DNA of 64,000 bases from an uncultured Chloroflexia bacterium (GTDB taxonomy: Bacteria > Chloroflexota > Anaerolineae > CG2-30-64-16): contig CAVZDU010000001.1 in the NCBI GenBank assembly GCA_963774265.1, forward strand, positions 544,001-608,000. Direction: 5' to 3'. Shown here piece by piece: positions 1-9,180 of this stretch (the stretch's first letter is position 1; every line of letters begins with the position of its first letter). A model generated the notes under the pieces. The model saw only the letters and a list, made by a program, of their open reading frames with translations, searched no databases and was not told where the DNA came from. Position numbers and translations under genes: made by a program.

Positions 1-63
1 GACCCGCCCGGCGTGCGTCGCAGCCGCCAGGCGGGTCGTTCCAAACTGCACATCTCCCCGGCG

Positions 64-651
64 CTACAACAGTGTTCTCTTCAAAAACGCGACGACTACG
101 TGGGCGGGAATAGCGAATCCCACATCTGGGCCGTTCATCATGGTGTTGATGCCCAGAAGCCTGCCCCGCACATCGACCAACGGACCGCCCGAATGGCCGG
201 GTCGCATGTGCAAGCTTACTACAATCCAGTCCTGCTTGCTCATGGGCATCTCGGGCCACTGTCGGCCCATGCCGATAATGACGCCCCCAGTCGCAGCATC
301 CGTTACACCCAGGGGATGCCCGAGTGCCATCACCCATTGGCCAGGACGCACCATGCGTGAGTCGGCGAGTTGGATCGTAGGTAGGCCTTTTCCTTGGATT
401 CTTAAAGCCGCGAGGTCAAGCTCGCGATCCACGGTCAGGATTTCTGCCCCAAGCACTTGCCCGTCTGCCAACTCCACCCGGAGGGGCCCGCGGCTGGCAA
501 CGTGTGCGTTTGTCACAATCAACCCCTCGGGGTGCCAGATTGTCCCCGCGCCCGCGCCCCGCCTGCCGTTACGCACCTGCACCAGGCCCGCAAGCGCGGT
601 GTCAATGACGTTGGCTGCTTCTGAGTTGATCTCAACTGCAGGGTTGAACAT
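64..651 (-). CDS. Trypsin-like (HtrA/S1C) serine protease without PDZ
   Basis: Triad motifs TNAHVA, DLAAL and PGHSGGP. Likely start MFNPAV at 651 (ORF track extends to 717). Confidence 0.88.
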   Translation of the reverse strand: MFNPAVEINSEAANVIDTALAGLVQVRNGRRGAGAGTIWHPEGLIVTNAHVASRGPLRVELADGQVLGAEILTVDRELDLAALRIQGKGLPTIQLADSRMVRPGQWVMALGHPLGVTDAATGGVIIGMGRQWPEMPMSKQDWIVVSLHMRPGHSGGPLVDVRGRLLGINTMMNGPDVGFAIPAHVVVAFLKRTLL

Positions 652-713
652 AAGAATCTCCCGTTCGACGGGCCATCGTGAGGATGGAAGTTTTCCCGTC
701 CCCACGGGGCAGG

Positions 714-1613
714 TCACCCCTGCTCCCCGATCAGAACATTGACCTCGGTCAATTGACCGCCGCGCAGGATGCGCGCTGAGACGGTTTTTCCCACGCGATC
801 TCCACTCAGCAGTCCCAACAGGTCATCCGATTGAGTCACGCGCTGGCCGTCAAACAGAATCAGCGTGTCACCCATGAACAGCCCACTGCGCTCCGCCGGA
901 CTGTCGGCCTCGACCGCCCCAAGTAGCAACCCGGTTTCTTGGCCGGCCTGTTGGACCACGGAGGTTGGCAGTCGGACGGTTTGTGCGCTCACGCCCAGGT
1001 AGCCGCGCTTAACTCGTCCGTGCGCCAGGAGCGCATCGGCCACCCGCCCGATTGTCGCCGTGGGGATGGTCAGGGTGATGCCGCGCAGCATCGCCGATGT
1101 GTTTAGGCCCAGGAAGCGGCCAGACGCATCGACCAATGGGCCGCCGGAGAAACCGGGATACATCAGTGCGTCGGTCTGAAGGTAGTGGTCCAGTTGACCG
1201 CCCGCAGGTGTGCGCCACTCTTTTTTAAGGGCGCTGATGATGCCGAGGGTGGCCATGACGCTCTGGCCCGGTCGTCCCAGGGCAAGCGCAAGATGTCCCA
1301 CATGTAGAGATTCGGCACCCGCCCAGGTCGGTGCGACCAGGCTCTGGCCAGGCGTGCGCAGCAACGCCAGATCAGTGGTGGGATCGCGGCCAACCAGGCT
1401 TGCGGCCACCGTTCGTCCATCGGGGAGCCCAATGCCGATGTTTTCATCGGTCTCGACAACATGGTGTGCGGTGATGATCAGTCCATCTGTGGACCAGACG
1501 ATGCCGCTGGCAGGCAGCCGTTGGCGCCCTTCCACCCGCACGATGCTGGGCCCCGCAGTTTCGACAGCCGACGCCAGCGCGTCGGAAAGGGATGCAAGTA
1601 CTTCCGTAGTCAT
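714..1613 (-). CDS. HtrA-like serine protease with C-terminal PDZ domain
   Basis: TAHHVV, DLALL and PGFSGGP, then a PDZ domain (GYLGV...SPAERSGL..GD). GGAGG RBS before MTTEV. Confidence 0.9.
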   Translation of the reverse strand: MTTEVLASLSDALASAVETAGPSIVRVEGRQRLPASGIVWSTDGLIITAHHVVETDENIGIGLPDGRTVAASLVGRDPTTDLALLRTPGQSLVAPTWAGAESLHVGHLALALGRPGQSVMATLGIISALKKEWRTPAGGQLDHYLQTDALMYPGFSGGPLVDASGRFLGLNTSAMLRGITLTIPTATIGRVADALLAHGRVKRGYLGVSAQTVRLPTSVVQQAGQETGLLLGAVEADSPAERSGLFMGDTLILFDGQRVTQSDDLLGLLSGDRVGKTVSARILRGGQLTEVNVLIGEQG

Positions 1614-1723
1614 GGATGCCTCCGATACGGTATTTTCGAGGGTATGATACAAGATCACGAACCTCGACGCATCGCCCGTTGGGTTGGGAAGGGACCTGTC
1701 AATAAGGCTAGGTGGCGGCGGGA

Positions 1724-2374
1724 CTATAGAAAGATGAGGCCGAGGCGGGTCGCGTGGACGACGGCTTCTGTGCGGCTGCCAACGCCGAGTTTACCGAGTA
1801 TGGCATTAACGTGAAATTTAACGGTGTGCTCGCTGATGTCGAGGCGCTGGGCGATGGTCTTGTTGGGGAGGCCCTCAGCCAGGAGGCGCAGTACCTCGCG
1901 CTCGCGCGCAGTCAGGTCCTCAGGGAGAGCCGCTTGCTCTTCCTGAGACCAGGGCGGTGAGGCGTTGGGCGTCTGTGACTCCGTCAACAGGGTGCGATAC
2001 GCCGCGTCGATCACCAGGAATCCCTGCGCGATTGCGACGACGGCTGCGGCGATGCTTGCGGGCTCGGCATCCCGACGAAGCATCCCCTGCACTCCTGTAC
2101 GCCACCCTTGCTGTGCACCTTCCTCGGTGGTGGTGAGCACTGCGACCGGTGCGGTGAGGCGGCTCTCAGCCAGCCGAGCGAGTGCGGTCTCGGGATCCCA
2201 GCCCATATCCCACAACACCACATCTGGACGGTGTACGTCCACCGCGTTGGCGAGATCGTCTGAGCCGGCAACACGGCCAACGACGTTTATATCTTCTTGA
2301 TCGGTCAGCAAGGTCGCCAGCCCGGCGCGTGCCAGTGGGTCATCCGCGACGACCAGCACGCGGACGGCGCTCAC
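1724..2374 (-). CDS. NarL/LuxR-family response regulator
   Basis: Receiver VLVVADD...PDVVLWD and LuxR HTH LTAREREVL...NKTIA...TVKFHV. GTG start overlaps the upstream TGA. Confidence 0.9.
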   Translation of the reverse strand: MSAVRVLVVADDPLARAGLATLLTDQEDINVVGRVAGSDDLANAVDVHRPDVVLWDMGWDPETALARLAESRLTAPVAVLTTTEEGAQQGWRTGVQGMLRRDAEPASIAAAVVAIAQGFLVIDAAYRTLLTESQTPNASPPWSQEEQAALPEDLTAREREVLRLLAEGLPNKTIAQRLDISEHTVKFHVNAILGKLGVGSRTEAVVHATRLGLIFL

Positions 2375-3468
2375 GCTGCCTCTCCATCCGGCAGAAAGTC
2401 GACGAGCAGGATGTCGGGCGGGCACCAAATGCGTACGGGCGGCTCTGCAGAACCGATGCCGGCCGTAACAAACAGGTGTGTGCGATCGAAAACGAAGTGG
2501 CTGCCGTCATACTGCCTGCCATACTTCGACGGCATAACCAGGGCGCCGATCCCGGGCACGCGCATCTGCCCACCATGGTAGTGGCCCGCGAAGACGGCAT
2601 CAAACGTCAATCCCTGGGGGCGATGGATGTTGTCTGGCGTATGAGTGAGCAAGAACGCCAGGTCACCCGGCATCCGATGGGGCTGGCGCCGCCCCCCGTC
2701 TCTCCACGGGTGCTCATCGCCCGCCAGGAGGATGGAAGCGCCATCGTTCAAGGGAATGCGCACACTTCCATTGCCCAGCATGCACATACCTGCTGCTTGG
2801 GCAGCCTCCTGCACAGCCGTCGCGTCTGCCCATGTGTCGTGATTGCCCAACACGCCGAACGAGCCGAGCCGGCCGCGCGCCATAGGCAGCACTTCAGAGA
2901 GCAGCGGGATGAATTCGGCATGAGTCACGAAATCGCCGGTGCACAAGAGGAGATCTGGCTGTGTCGCCGAGACGCGGCGCATGGCGTCCTGAAAGTAGCT
3001 GAGCGGAAGATGGCTGTTCAGGTGGAAATCGCTGACGTGCGCGACGCGCACCGTGGGCCCGCGCCAGTTCGGCACGCGCACCTCGTACTGCCGCAAGATG
3101 AGATCGGTGGTCGTCTGTGGCTTACTGAACCGGACGCTCGGCCCTGCTTCGGCGATGGGCGGGTCCCCGCGGTGTCTGGCGCGTAGGACCAGTCGGCGTA
3201 CTTCACCCAGGAAGGCCAGCACTACGGCGCTTGCGGGCAGCAGCATCCAGTGGGTGCGATCTGTCAGCGAGCCGAGCAGTGCGCTGAAACCGACGGACAG
3301 CAGGCCCCCCGCGCGCACCAGGAAGCCTTTGTGTCGCTTGTCGCGCAGCTGAATCAACAAACGGTTGAGGATGAACAGGTAAGATGCTGCGCCTGCCACT
3401 GCCCAGGTGAGCATTGATAGCAACCGCATCACGCGCTTCATGGCCTTGTCTCGGTCGGTGGTCTTCAT
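2371..3468 (-). CDS. Membrane-anchored calcineurin-like metallophosphoesterase (YkuE-like)
   Basis: SDFH, TGDFV, GNHD, HTPD and GHYHGGQ motifs, with N-terminal TM helices. Confidence 0.88.
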   Translation of the reverse strand: MKTTDRDKAMKRVMRLLSMLTWAVAGAASYLFILNRLLIQLRDKRHKGFLVRAGGLLSVGFSALLGSLTDRTHWMLLPASAVVLAFLGEVRRLVLRARHRGDPPIAEAGPSVRFSKPQTTTDLILRQYEVRVPNWRGPTVRVAHVSDFHLNSHLPLSYFQDAMRRVSATQPDLLLCTGDFVTHAEFIPLLSEVLPMARGRLGSFGVLGNHDTWADATAVQEAAQAAGMCMLGNGSVRIPLNDGASILLAGDEHPWRDGGRRQPHRMPGDLAFLLTHTPDNIHRPQGLTFDAVFAGHYHGGQMRVPGIGALVMPSKYGRQYDGSHFVFDRTHLFVTAGIGSAEPPVRIWCPPDILLVDFLPDGEAA

Positions 3469-5054
3469 TGCGGTGCTGCGCTGCGCGGCAGTGAGGGCGC
3501 GTCAGGCCGCATTGTTTCGCCGCGAACCACGGGCACGAGCATCTGATCCACTGGTGCGTATTGGTCTGTCAGGATTACGAGTCGGCCTTCGGAGAGCAGG
3601 GTGTTCAGGTCTTCATCAGGCAGTACCATATCGGCCAGCAACGTTTCCCCATCGCCTGCATCGATGCTGCGGAACTGCTCCAGGTCAAGAGGCTCTGCCG
3701 ATGCGACGATCACGAACGTCACGCGAGGAGATTTCTGCCACATCCGTAGGGCCGGCACGACGTAGACATGTTCGAAGGTTTTTGTGAGGGTGGTGACGTA
3801 CGCTCGCAGAAAGTCGCGGCGAGGGCCGTCGATCAGGTTAACCAGGTAGAGGCCATCATCCGCTAGCCACGCCCGGACCCGCTCGTTGAACTCCAGCGTC
3901 GTCAGGTGATACGGCACAGAATAGTCGTTGAACGCATCACCCATGATTAACGAATACCGCTTAGCAGGCTGGCGCTGGAGGAACATGCGCGCGTCTTCGT
4001 TGAAGCTCTTGATGAGGCTGTCGCGGGCCAGGCCCAGCGAGGCATAAGCCGTTTGCGTCACGCCTGGGTCAATCTCGATCACATCCAGATCGCTGTCAGG
4101 AAACAGCGCTTCCATGTAGCGCGGAAACGTATAGCCACCGCCACCGATGAAAAGTGCGGTCAGCCTATTGTGCCTCAATGATTGATAGTGGGTGGCTTCG
4201 GCATATACTTTCTCGTAGCCGTAGACCAACTGAGTAGGGTCCTCCAGCGAGCTGTAGCTGTGGACAAGCCGGTCAAGCACGAGGGTGCGCACCGGCCGAC
4301 CGGCATTCTCACTCTCGTGCACGGTTATGCAAAAGTAATTGGTTTCCAGCGTACAACGAGAACTTGTCCATCCCCGGGCTGTGGCCACCGAAGTGGCCAC
4401 ACCGATAAGCACGACGGCGAGGATGGCTGCGACCACACGCCCGCGCACCTGCAAGCCGACGAGGAAAAAACCGACCGCCATGACCAGTAACACGACGGCT
4501 ACGCCCCAGATGATTGCGTGGGTGCCAAACCAGGCGATCAGCAGAAAGCCCGTCGCAAACGTCCCGACAATGCTGCCGACCGTGCCGGCTGCGGAGATTC
4601 GACCTACGGTGCTGCCCGTGCGAGCGAGGTCGAGCACCGACAGCTTGGTCACCACGGGGGAAATCGTGCCGAGCAGGGTTGCCGGGATGAAGAAGAGCGC
4701 AGTGATCAGGATGATAATGCGAAGGACAATTGGCCATTCAGTGGGGAGCCGCGTTCCCACCGTGTCCACCAGGAACACGCCGATGCTGGTCAGACCCCCG
4801 AGCAGGAACAACAGCCCCAGCAGCCGGTGCGAAGCCCATCGGTCGGCGAGCCGGCCGCCGATGTAGTTGCCCAGGCTCATACCTGCCAGTATGATGCCAA
4901 TGATCGTGGTCCAGGTGTAGAGGGACACGCCGACGTAGGGCGCCACGATGCGGCCTGCGACCAGCTCCAGGGTCATCATGCACGCGCTCGAAGTAAAAAC
5001 GATCAGTGTCGCCGCCCATAGCCGTGGCGCGCGCATTTGCGTATCCGTTTCCAT
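3465..5054 (-). CDS. Fused MFS-like membrane domain / spermidine synthase-like SAM-binding protein
   Basis: Multi-TM N-half (LELVAGRIVAPYVG) followed by FIGGGGY, IEIDP, DAR, GDAF..SVPYHLTT and LTDQYAP. Confidence 0.85.
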   Translation of the reverse strand: METDTQMRAPRLWAATLIVFTSSACMMTLELVAGRIVAPYVGVSLYTWTTIIGIILAGMSLGNYIGGRLADRWASHRLLGLLFLLGGLTSIGVFLVDTVGTRLPTEWPIVLRIIILITALFFIPATLLGTISPVVTKLSVLDLARTGSTVGRISAAGTVGSIVGTFATGFLLIAWFGTHAIIWGVAVVLLVMAVGFFLVGLQVRGRVVAAILAVVLIGVATSVATARGWTSSRCTLETNYFCITVHESENAGRPVRTLVLDRLVHSYSSLEDPTQLVYGYEKVYAEATHYQSLRHNRLTALFIGGGGYTFPRYMEALFPDSDLDVIEIDPGVTQTAYASLGLARDSLIKSFNEDARMFLQRQPAKRYSLIMGDAFNDYSVPYHLTTLEFNERVRAWLADDGLYLVNLIDGPRRDFLRAYVTTLTKTFEHVYVVPALRMWQKSPRVTFVIVASAEPLDLEQFRSIDAGDGETLLADMVLPDEDLNTLLSEGRLVILTDQYAPVDQMLVPVVRGETMRPDAPSLPRSAAPQ

Positions 5055-5073
5055 GCAACCTCAGCGGATGTCG

Positions 5074-5943
5074 TTAGAGTGCGTCGATTATAGGTGCATC
5101 CTCCCTGCGAGGCAACTCATTTTCGTCGCATTGGCAGCGCGGGCAAAAGTGTGTGCTGCGCTGAGTCACGCGGATGCGCACAATTGGTGAGCCGCAGTTC
5201 GGACACGGTTTGCCCAGTCGGCCGTAAACGCGCAAATCGTTACGGAAATAGCCGTCTTCGCCGTAGGGCGTCCGATAGTCGCGCAGGAGCGTACCTCGCT
5301 TCTGGATCGCCTCCGTTAGCACCTGGCGGATGCTAAGGAACAGGCGCTCAAGTTCTTGGTCCGAAAGTGAAGACGCCCTGCGCAACGGGTGGATGCCGGC
5401 GCGAAAGAGCGACTCATCCGCATAGATGTTCCCGACGCCTGCGACGACCGTTTGATCCAGCAGCAACGCCTTGATGACAACCTTGCGCCGGCGGAGCCGA
5501 TCCGCAAACTCCTGGAACGTGAAGTCCCACGCCAGCGGCTCCGGCCCCAGCTTACCTGTAACTTCATCGATATGGGAAACCAACCAGATGCGGCCAAATT
5601 TCCGGGCATCGGTGAAAACCAGCGCGTCGCCGTCAGCCAGGGGGAACCACGCCCTGACGTGGCCATCCGCGAGCAGCGGGCTTTCACCTCCACCCACGGT
5701 CAGGCTTCCGGTCATGCGCAGATGCACGACCAGCGTTTGTCCATCATCGAGGTGGATCAGCAAGAACTTACCGCGACGGCTGACGTCGATGACTTGCCGT
5801 CCCTCGATCCTTTCAGACAAGCAACTGGGTTCGGGTGTGGCCAGCGTGCGCGGCCACAGGATATGCGCGCCAACAAAGCGCCGGTTGACCAGCTCTGCTC
5901 GCAGATCAGCGGCGATGGTTTCGACTTCAGGCAGTTCAGGCAT
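5074..5943 (-). CDS. mutM: Formamidopyrimidine-DNA glycosylase
   Basis: N-terminal MPELPEVET, RRGKFL, HLRMTG, GVGNIYADE and C-terminal zinc finger CPNC...FCPRCQ. Confidence 0.97.
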   Translation of the reverse strand: MPELPEVETIAADLRAELVNRRFVGAHILWPRTLATPEPSCLSERIEGRQVIDVSRRGKFLLIHLDDGQTLVVHLRMTGSLTVGGGESPLLADGHVRAWFPLADGDALVFTDARKFGRIWLVSHIDEVTGKLGPEPLAWDFTFQEFADRLRRRKVVIKALLLDQTVVAGVGNIYADESLFRAGIHPLRRASSLSDQELERLFLSIRQVLTEAIQKRGTLLRDYRTPYGEDGYFRNDLRVYGRLGKPCPNCGSPIVRIRVTQRSTHFCPRCQCDENELPRREDAPIIDAL

Positions 5944-6018
5944 ATTGAAGAATCCACAATACAAAAACGCCGGTGGCGCTGCCACACGCGGCAGCGCCAC
6001 CGGCTATCATTTATCAGT

Positions 6019-7977
6019 TCAGTGTCCTACATCCCACATGGCTTCGCGCGGCAGCGGCAGCAGACTCGCTGCATCCCCGGTTACGTCTTGCAGGGTCAGG
6101 AGCCAGCCTTCGCCTGTGTCGTGGAACGCCATTACCTGCGTATCTGACACCCAGCGCGGGCCTACCATACTTACGCTATTTGTCAGTCGTTGCGGCGCCT
6201 GCCCCGGCTCGCCGATGAAAACCTGGAAGTTGTCCTGATATAGAAAACGATCGCCTTGCGGCGACCAACTGATGAATTCGCCCTGCGCCATCGTCGCGTA
6301 GAGCTGTGGATTCGCACCATCCTTGTCGGCGAGGTAGAGTTCATTCATGGCTAATGATTCCGAAATAAATCGGGTATACGCCAATCGATCGCCCCTCGGC
6401 GACCAATAAACTTGAAACGCGTCGATCTGACCGATCTTATCCACTTTCCCCGATTCACTTATCTTGTAGAGGGTTGTGCCGTTTGGTGGCGTTGGGAGAC
6501 CGTAGTCGGTCTCAGGGATAGCCACCCAGGCCGCCCCGCCGTCGGGCGTCCAGGAGACCTGGCTTTCATAGCTATTCTTGCCGGGGCTTGCCGGAAAGGT
6601 GAGCACTGTTCGCCCTTTGCCGCTGGCCACGTCGTACAGGCTCATGCTACCCTCGGGACTCGCCTCTGTACCGTACTGAACCAGGAGATATTGTGAACCA
6701 TCGGGCGAGTCATAGGGTCGGTTGGCGCGACCCAGCTCGTTCATAAAGCTCAGTGCGCCGCTCTCCACGTCAATCCGCCATAGTTCGGTTTTCACTGGCA
6801 GCTCGGGCTGCTGCGGGTCAGGAATCAAGGACAGTGTGACGGACAGGATGTTGCCCTGCGGCGCCCAACGTGTGTCGCTAATGGCGCGTCTGACGTAGCC
6901 TGTTGGCAGATGGTCGGTCGGCAGCGTCGCGTCTTCGAGCAGCAACTTGGGCTCGCCCCCCGTCCAGCGCACGGCCCACACCTGCAGGCCCGCATCGTTG
7001 AAAATGCGGTAGACGATCCAGGTCTGATCCGGTGAAAGCTGGGGTGTGTTGACACCGCGTGCCTGCACCAGTTGCCGCGTCCCACCGTCGCGATCCACCG
7101 CCCAGAGAGCGTTGAGATCAGCATAAGCGAATCGAATTCCCGACGGTAGCGTGGTGGCCAAGGGCCGCGCAGGGGGCGCCGGCTCAGGGGTCAACAACTC
7201 AGGTGCGATGCCCACCGGCTCATTCGGGCCGCCGCCACCGCGCCCCATCGCCGCCGCCGCCAGTTCGGGAACGGGCTCAGTCGGAGCGGCTTGGGCCGAC
7301 AGCATGGGAGCAGCGGTCGCGTCAACGGTCGCTTCGGGTGCGCTGGCGGCTGCCCCTGCAAGATCGGCAGCCGATTCTGTGGCGCCCATCGCACTGGCAG
7401 GCGCAGCCTCTTTAGCAGACCGCGCTTCCGGTTCGGGAGAGGCCGCCATAGCCAGGGCAGCCTCTTGCGAAGGCTCCACGACGGCAGCCGGCGCCTGCTC
7501 TTGCGTTTTCGCTTGAGGCGCCTCCGCAGCGGTTGGCGCCACTGGGGCCGCCGCAAGCGGTTTCTCCGTCGCGGGGACGGTTGTCGGTTGTACGCGTGCG
7601 ACAGTCTGGTTAGGGCTCCACGGCGCCTGCTCGGGGCGCAGTATGGTAACGGCCACGAACGCGACCAAAGCGATGGCAGCGACCGCGCCCAAACCGCGTG
7701 CAAGCCCGCCAAACCAGCCCGGCGCAACGATGGGCCGGCGTATGCCGGCCTTGGCCTCTGACAGGGTGAATGCGCGAGGAACGGCGACGCGCGGCAGCGA
7801 GTGCAATATAATTACGGTTTGGCGCAGGCTGCCAAGCTCTGCGCGGCACTCCGTGCATTGCTGCAGGTGCGCGTCTATGGTCGCTCGCTCGGCCGGAGAA
7901 ACCTGTTGATCCAGGTAGGCTGAAAGCAGCTCGACCTGGAGGTGGCCCCGGACCGGCCCTCCGAAGATAGATCTCAT
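6019..7977 (-). CDS. Zinc-binding (zf-HC2) anti-sigma factor with TM helix, Ala/Pro linker and TolB-like beta-propeller
   Basis: LLSAYLD...HLQQCTEC, a TM helix, then repeated SPD/WSP blades. Lies directly downstream of an ECF sigma gene. Confidence 0.82.
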   Translation of the reverse strand: MRSIFGGPVRGHLQVELLSAYLDQQVSPAERATIDAHLQQCTECRAELGSLRQTVIILHSLPRVAVPRAFTLSEAKAGIRRPIVAPGWFGGLARGLGAVAAIALVAFVAVTILRPEQAPWSPNQTVARVQPTTVPATEKPLAAAPVAPTAAEAPQAKTQEQAPAAVVEPSQEAALAMAASPEPEARSAKEAAPASAMGATESAADLAGAAASAPEATVDATAAPMLSAQAAPTEPVPELAAAAMGRGGGGPNEPVGIAPELLTPEPAPPARPLATTLPSGIRFAYADLNALWAVDRDGGTRQLVQARGVNTPQLSPDQTWIVYRIFNDAGLQVWAVRWTGGEPKLLLEDATLPTDHLPTGYVRRAISDTRWAPQGNILSVTLSLIPDPQQPELPVKTELWRIDVESGALSFMNELGRANRPYDSPDGSQYLLVQYGTEASPEGSMSLYDVASGKGRTVLTFPASPGKNSYESQVSWTPDGGAAWVAIPETDYGLPTPPNGTTLYKISESGKVDKIGQIDAFQVYWSPRGDRLAYTRFISESLAMNELYLADKDGANPQLYATMAQGEFISWSPQGDRFLYQDNFQVFIGEPGQAPQRLTNSVSMVGPRWVSDTQVMAFHDTGEGWLLTLQDVTGDAASLLPLPREAMWDVGH

Positions 7978-8080
7978 TGATGACTCACGATCAAAAGTGC
8001 AAGATTTGTCAGCTTACATGGACGATTGGGGCGCAGGCAGGCCTAATCTCCGCCTTGTGATGATGCCTACGCTATATGTG

Positions 8081-8815
8081 CTAACTATCAGTGAGACGGT
8101 AGCTCGCGGGTAAAAGTTCCTGGTGCTCCATCAGGAGGTCGCGCACCTTGGCGCGGGCCCGGCTCAGCCGGGACTTTACGGTTCCCAGGGCCGCACCGGT
8201 GGCGTCGGCGATTTCCTGATAGTCGAGCCCTTCGACATCTGAGAGCACCAGCGCGGTCCGCTGGTCGGGCGGCAATTGCCCGATGGCCCCCTGGATCGCC
8301 ACCGCCAGCTCCTGGCGCATCACGTAAGCGTCAGGTCGCTCTGAGTTGTCGATCAGCCGAGAGTCGTACTCGGGATCATCCTCATCCTCGTCGCTCTCCA
8401 GGGGTGTGGTGGGCCGCCGCTTGCGTGCGCGCAACGCGTCATAGCACGTATTCGTGACGATACGCAGCAACCAGGACTTAAACGAACCGCCGCGATACTG
8501 GTTTAGCCGCTGGAAAGCCTTGACAAAGGCATCCTGCGTGGCATCCGCAGATAGGTCCGCATCTCCAGTAAGGCGGTAGGCGATGTTGTAGGCAAGGCTT
8601 TGATAGTGGAGAACGAGCTGATTGAACGCCGGAAGGTCCCCACGCTGCGCGGCAGCCAGAAGGGCGGCCTCATCATATTCGGGCCTGCCCGGCGACCCGC
8701 GGCGCCCGCCGCGATATCCGTCGTCAGCCAGCGACGCCGCCAGCACGACGAACGAGGCGCTGGTCTGCCAGGCTAGCTTGTAGAGATCAAACATCCGAAT
8801 CACCGGTTGTGACAA
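8081..8815 (-). CDS. ECF RNA polymerase sigma factor (start uncertain)
   Basis: Region 2 (DATQDAFVKAF...FKSWLLRIVTN) and region 4 (LPPDQR...YQEIA...GTVKSRLSRAR). Confidence 0.93.
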   Translation of the reverse strand: MSQPVIRMFDLYKLAWQTSASFVVLAASLADDGYRGGRRGSPGRPEYDEAALLAAAQRGDLPAFNQLVLHYQSLAYNIAYRLTGDADLSADATQDAFVKAFQRLNQYRGGSFKSWLLRIVTNTCYDALRARKRRPTTPLESDEDEDDPEYDSRLIDNSERPDAYVMRQELAVAIQGAIGQLPPDQRTALVLSDVEGLDYQEIADATGAALGTVKSRLSRARAKVRDLLMEHQELLPASYRLTDS

Positions 8816-8822
8816 GAAAAAC

Positions 8823-8851
8823 TTGACGCAGCATGCGCCTTCTGCTATACT
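8823..8851 (+). promoter_or_regulatory. Sigma70 promoter of tRNA-Leu
   Basis: TTGACG-17 bp-TATACT with extended -10 TG, 13 bp upstream of the tRNA. Confidence 0.75.
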
Positions 8852-8864
8852 CGTCTCTTGCTAC

Positions 8865-8947
8865 GCCGAAGTGGCGGAACGGTAGACGCGACGGTCTCAA
8901 ACACCGTTGGGGGTTGCCCCATGTGGGTTCGATTCCCACCTTCGGCA
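8865..8947 (+). tRNA. tRNA-Leu (anticodon CAA), CCA not encoded
   Basis: Acceptor GCCGAAG/CTTCGGC, D-arm GGCGGAACGGTAGACG, anticodon arm ACGGT-CTCAAAC-ACCGT, long variable arm and T-arm GGTTCGATTCC. Confidence 0.95.
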
Positions 8948-9180
8948 CTTTTGGCGGAATCCTCGCAGGTCACTTTATCTCATTATGTTGCGGGGTCCGC
9001 TACCACCCATGTGGAGCCATTATAGCAGTCTTGTCGCGAACCAGGCAAAGCCTGCATCCCAAACATGCACATGGGAATCTATACCAAATGCACGATGCTT
9101 CGGGTGGAGCGTCTGAACTGCCCTGCATGAGCTGTAAGGCGGCGAGGGTGCAACACCCCGGATCTCTGTACGAAAGTTAC

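Noticed and set aside
1-37. GC-rich inverted repeat at the window start
   Set aside because: Probably a terminator for the protease genes, but its context is cut off by the window edge.
8925-8950. tRNA-Leu 3' end as an integration site
   Set aside because: No integrase and no duplicate of the tRNA 3' end were noticed in the window.
8833-9180. N-terminal extension of the 548-aa ORF
   Set aside because: It overlaps tRNA-Leu and its promoter; the lipoprotein signal starts near 9181-9214.
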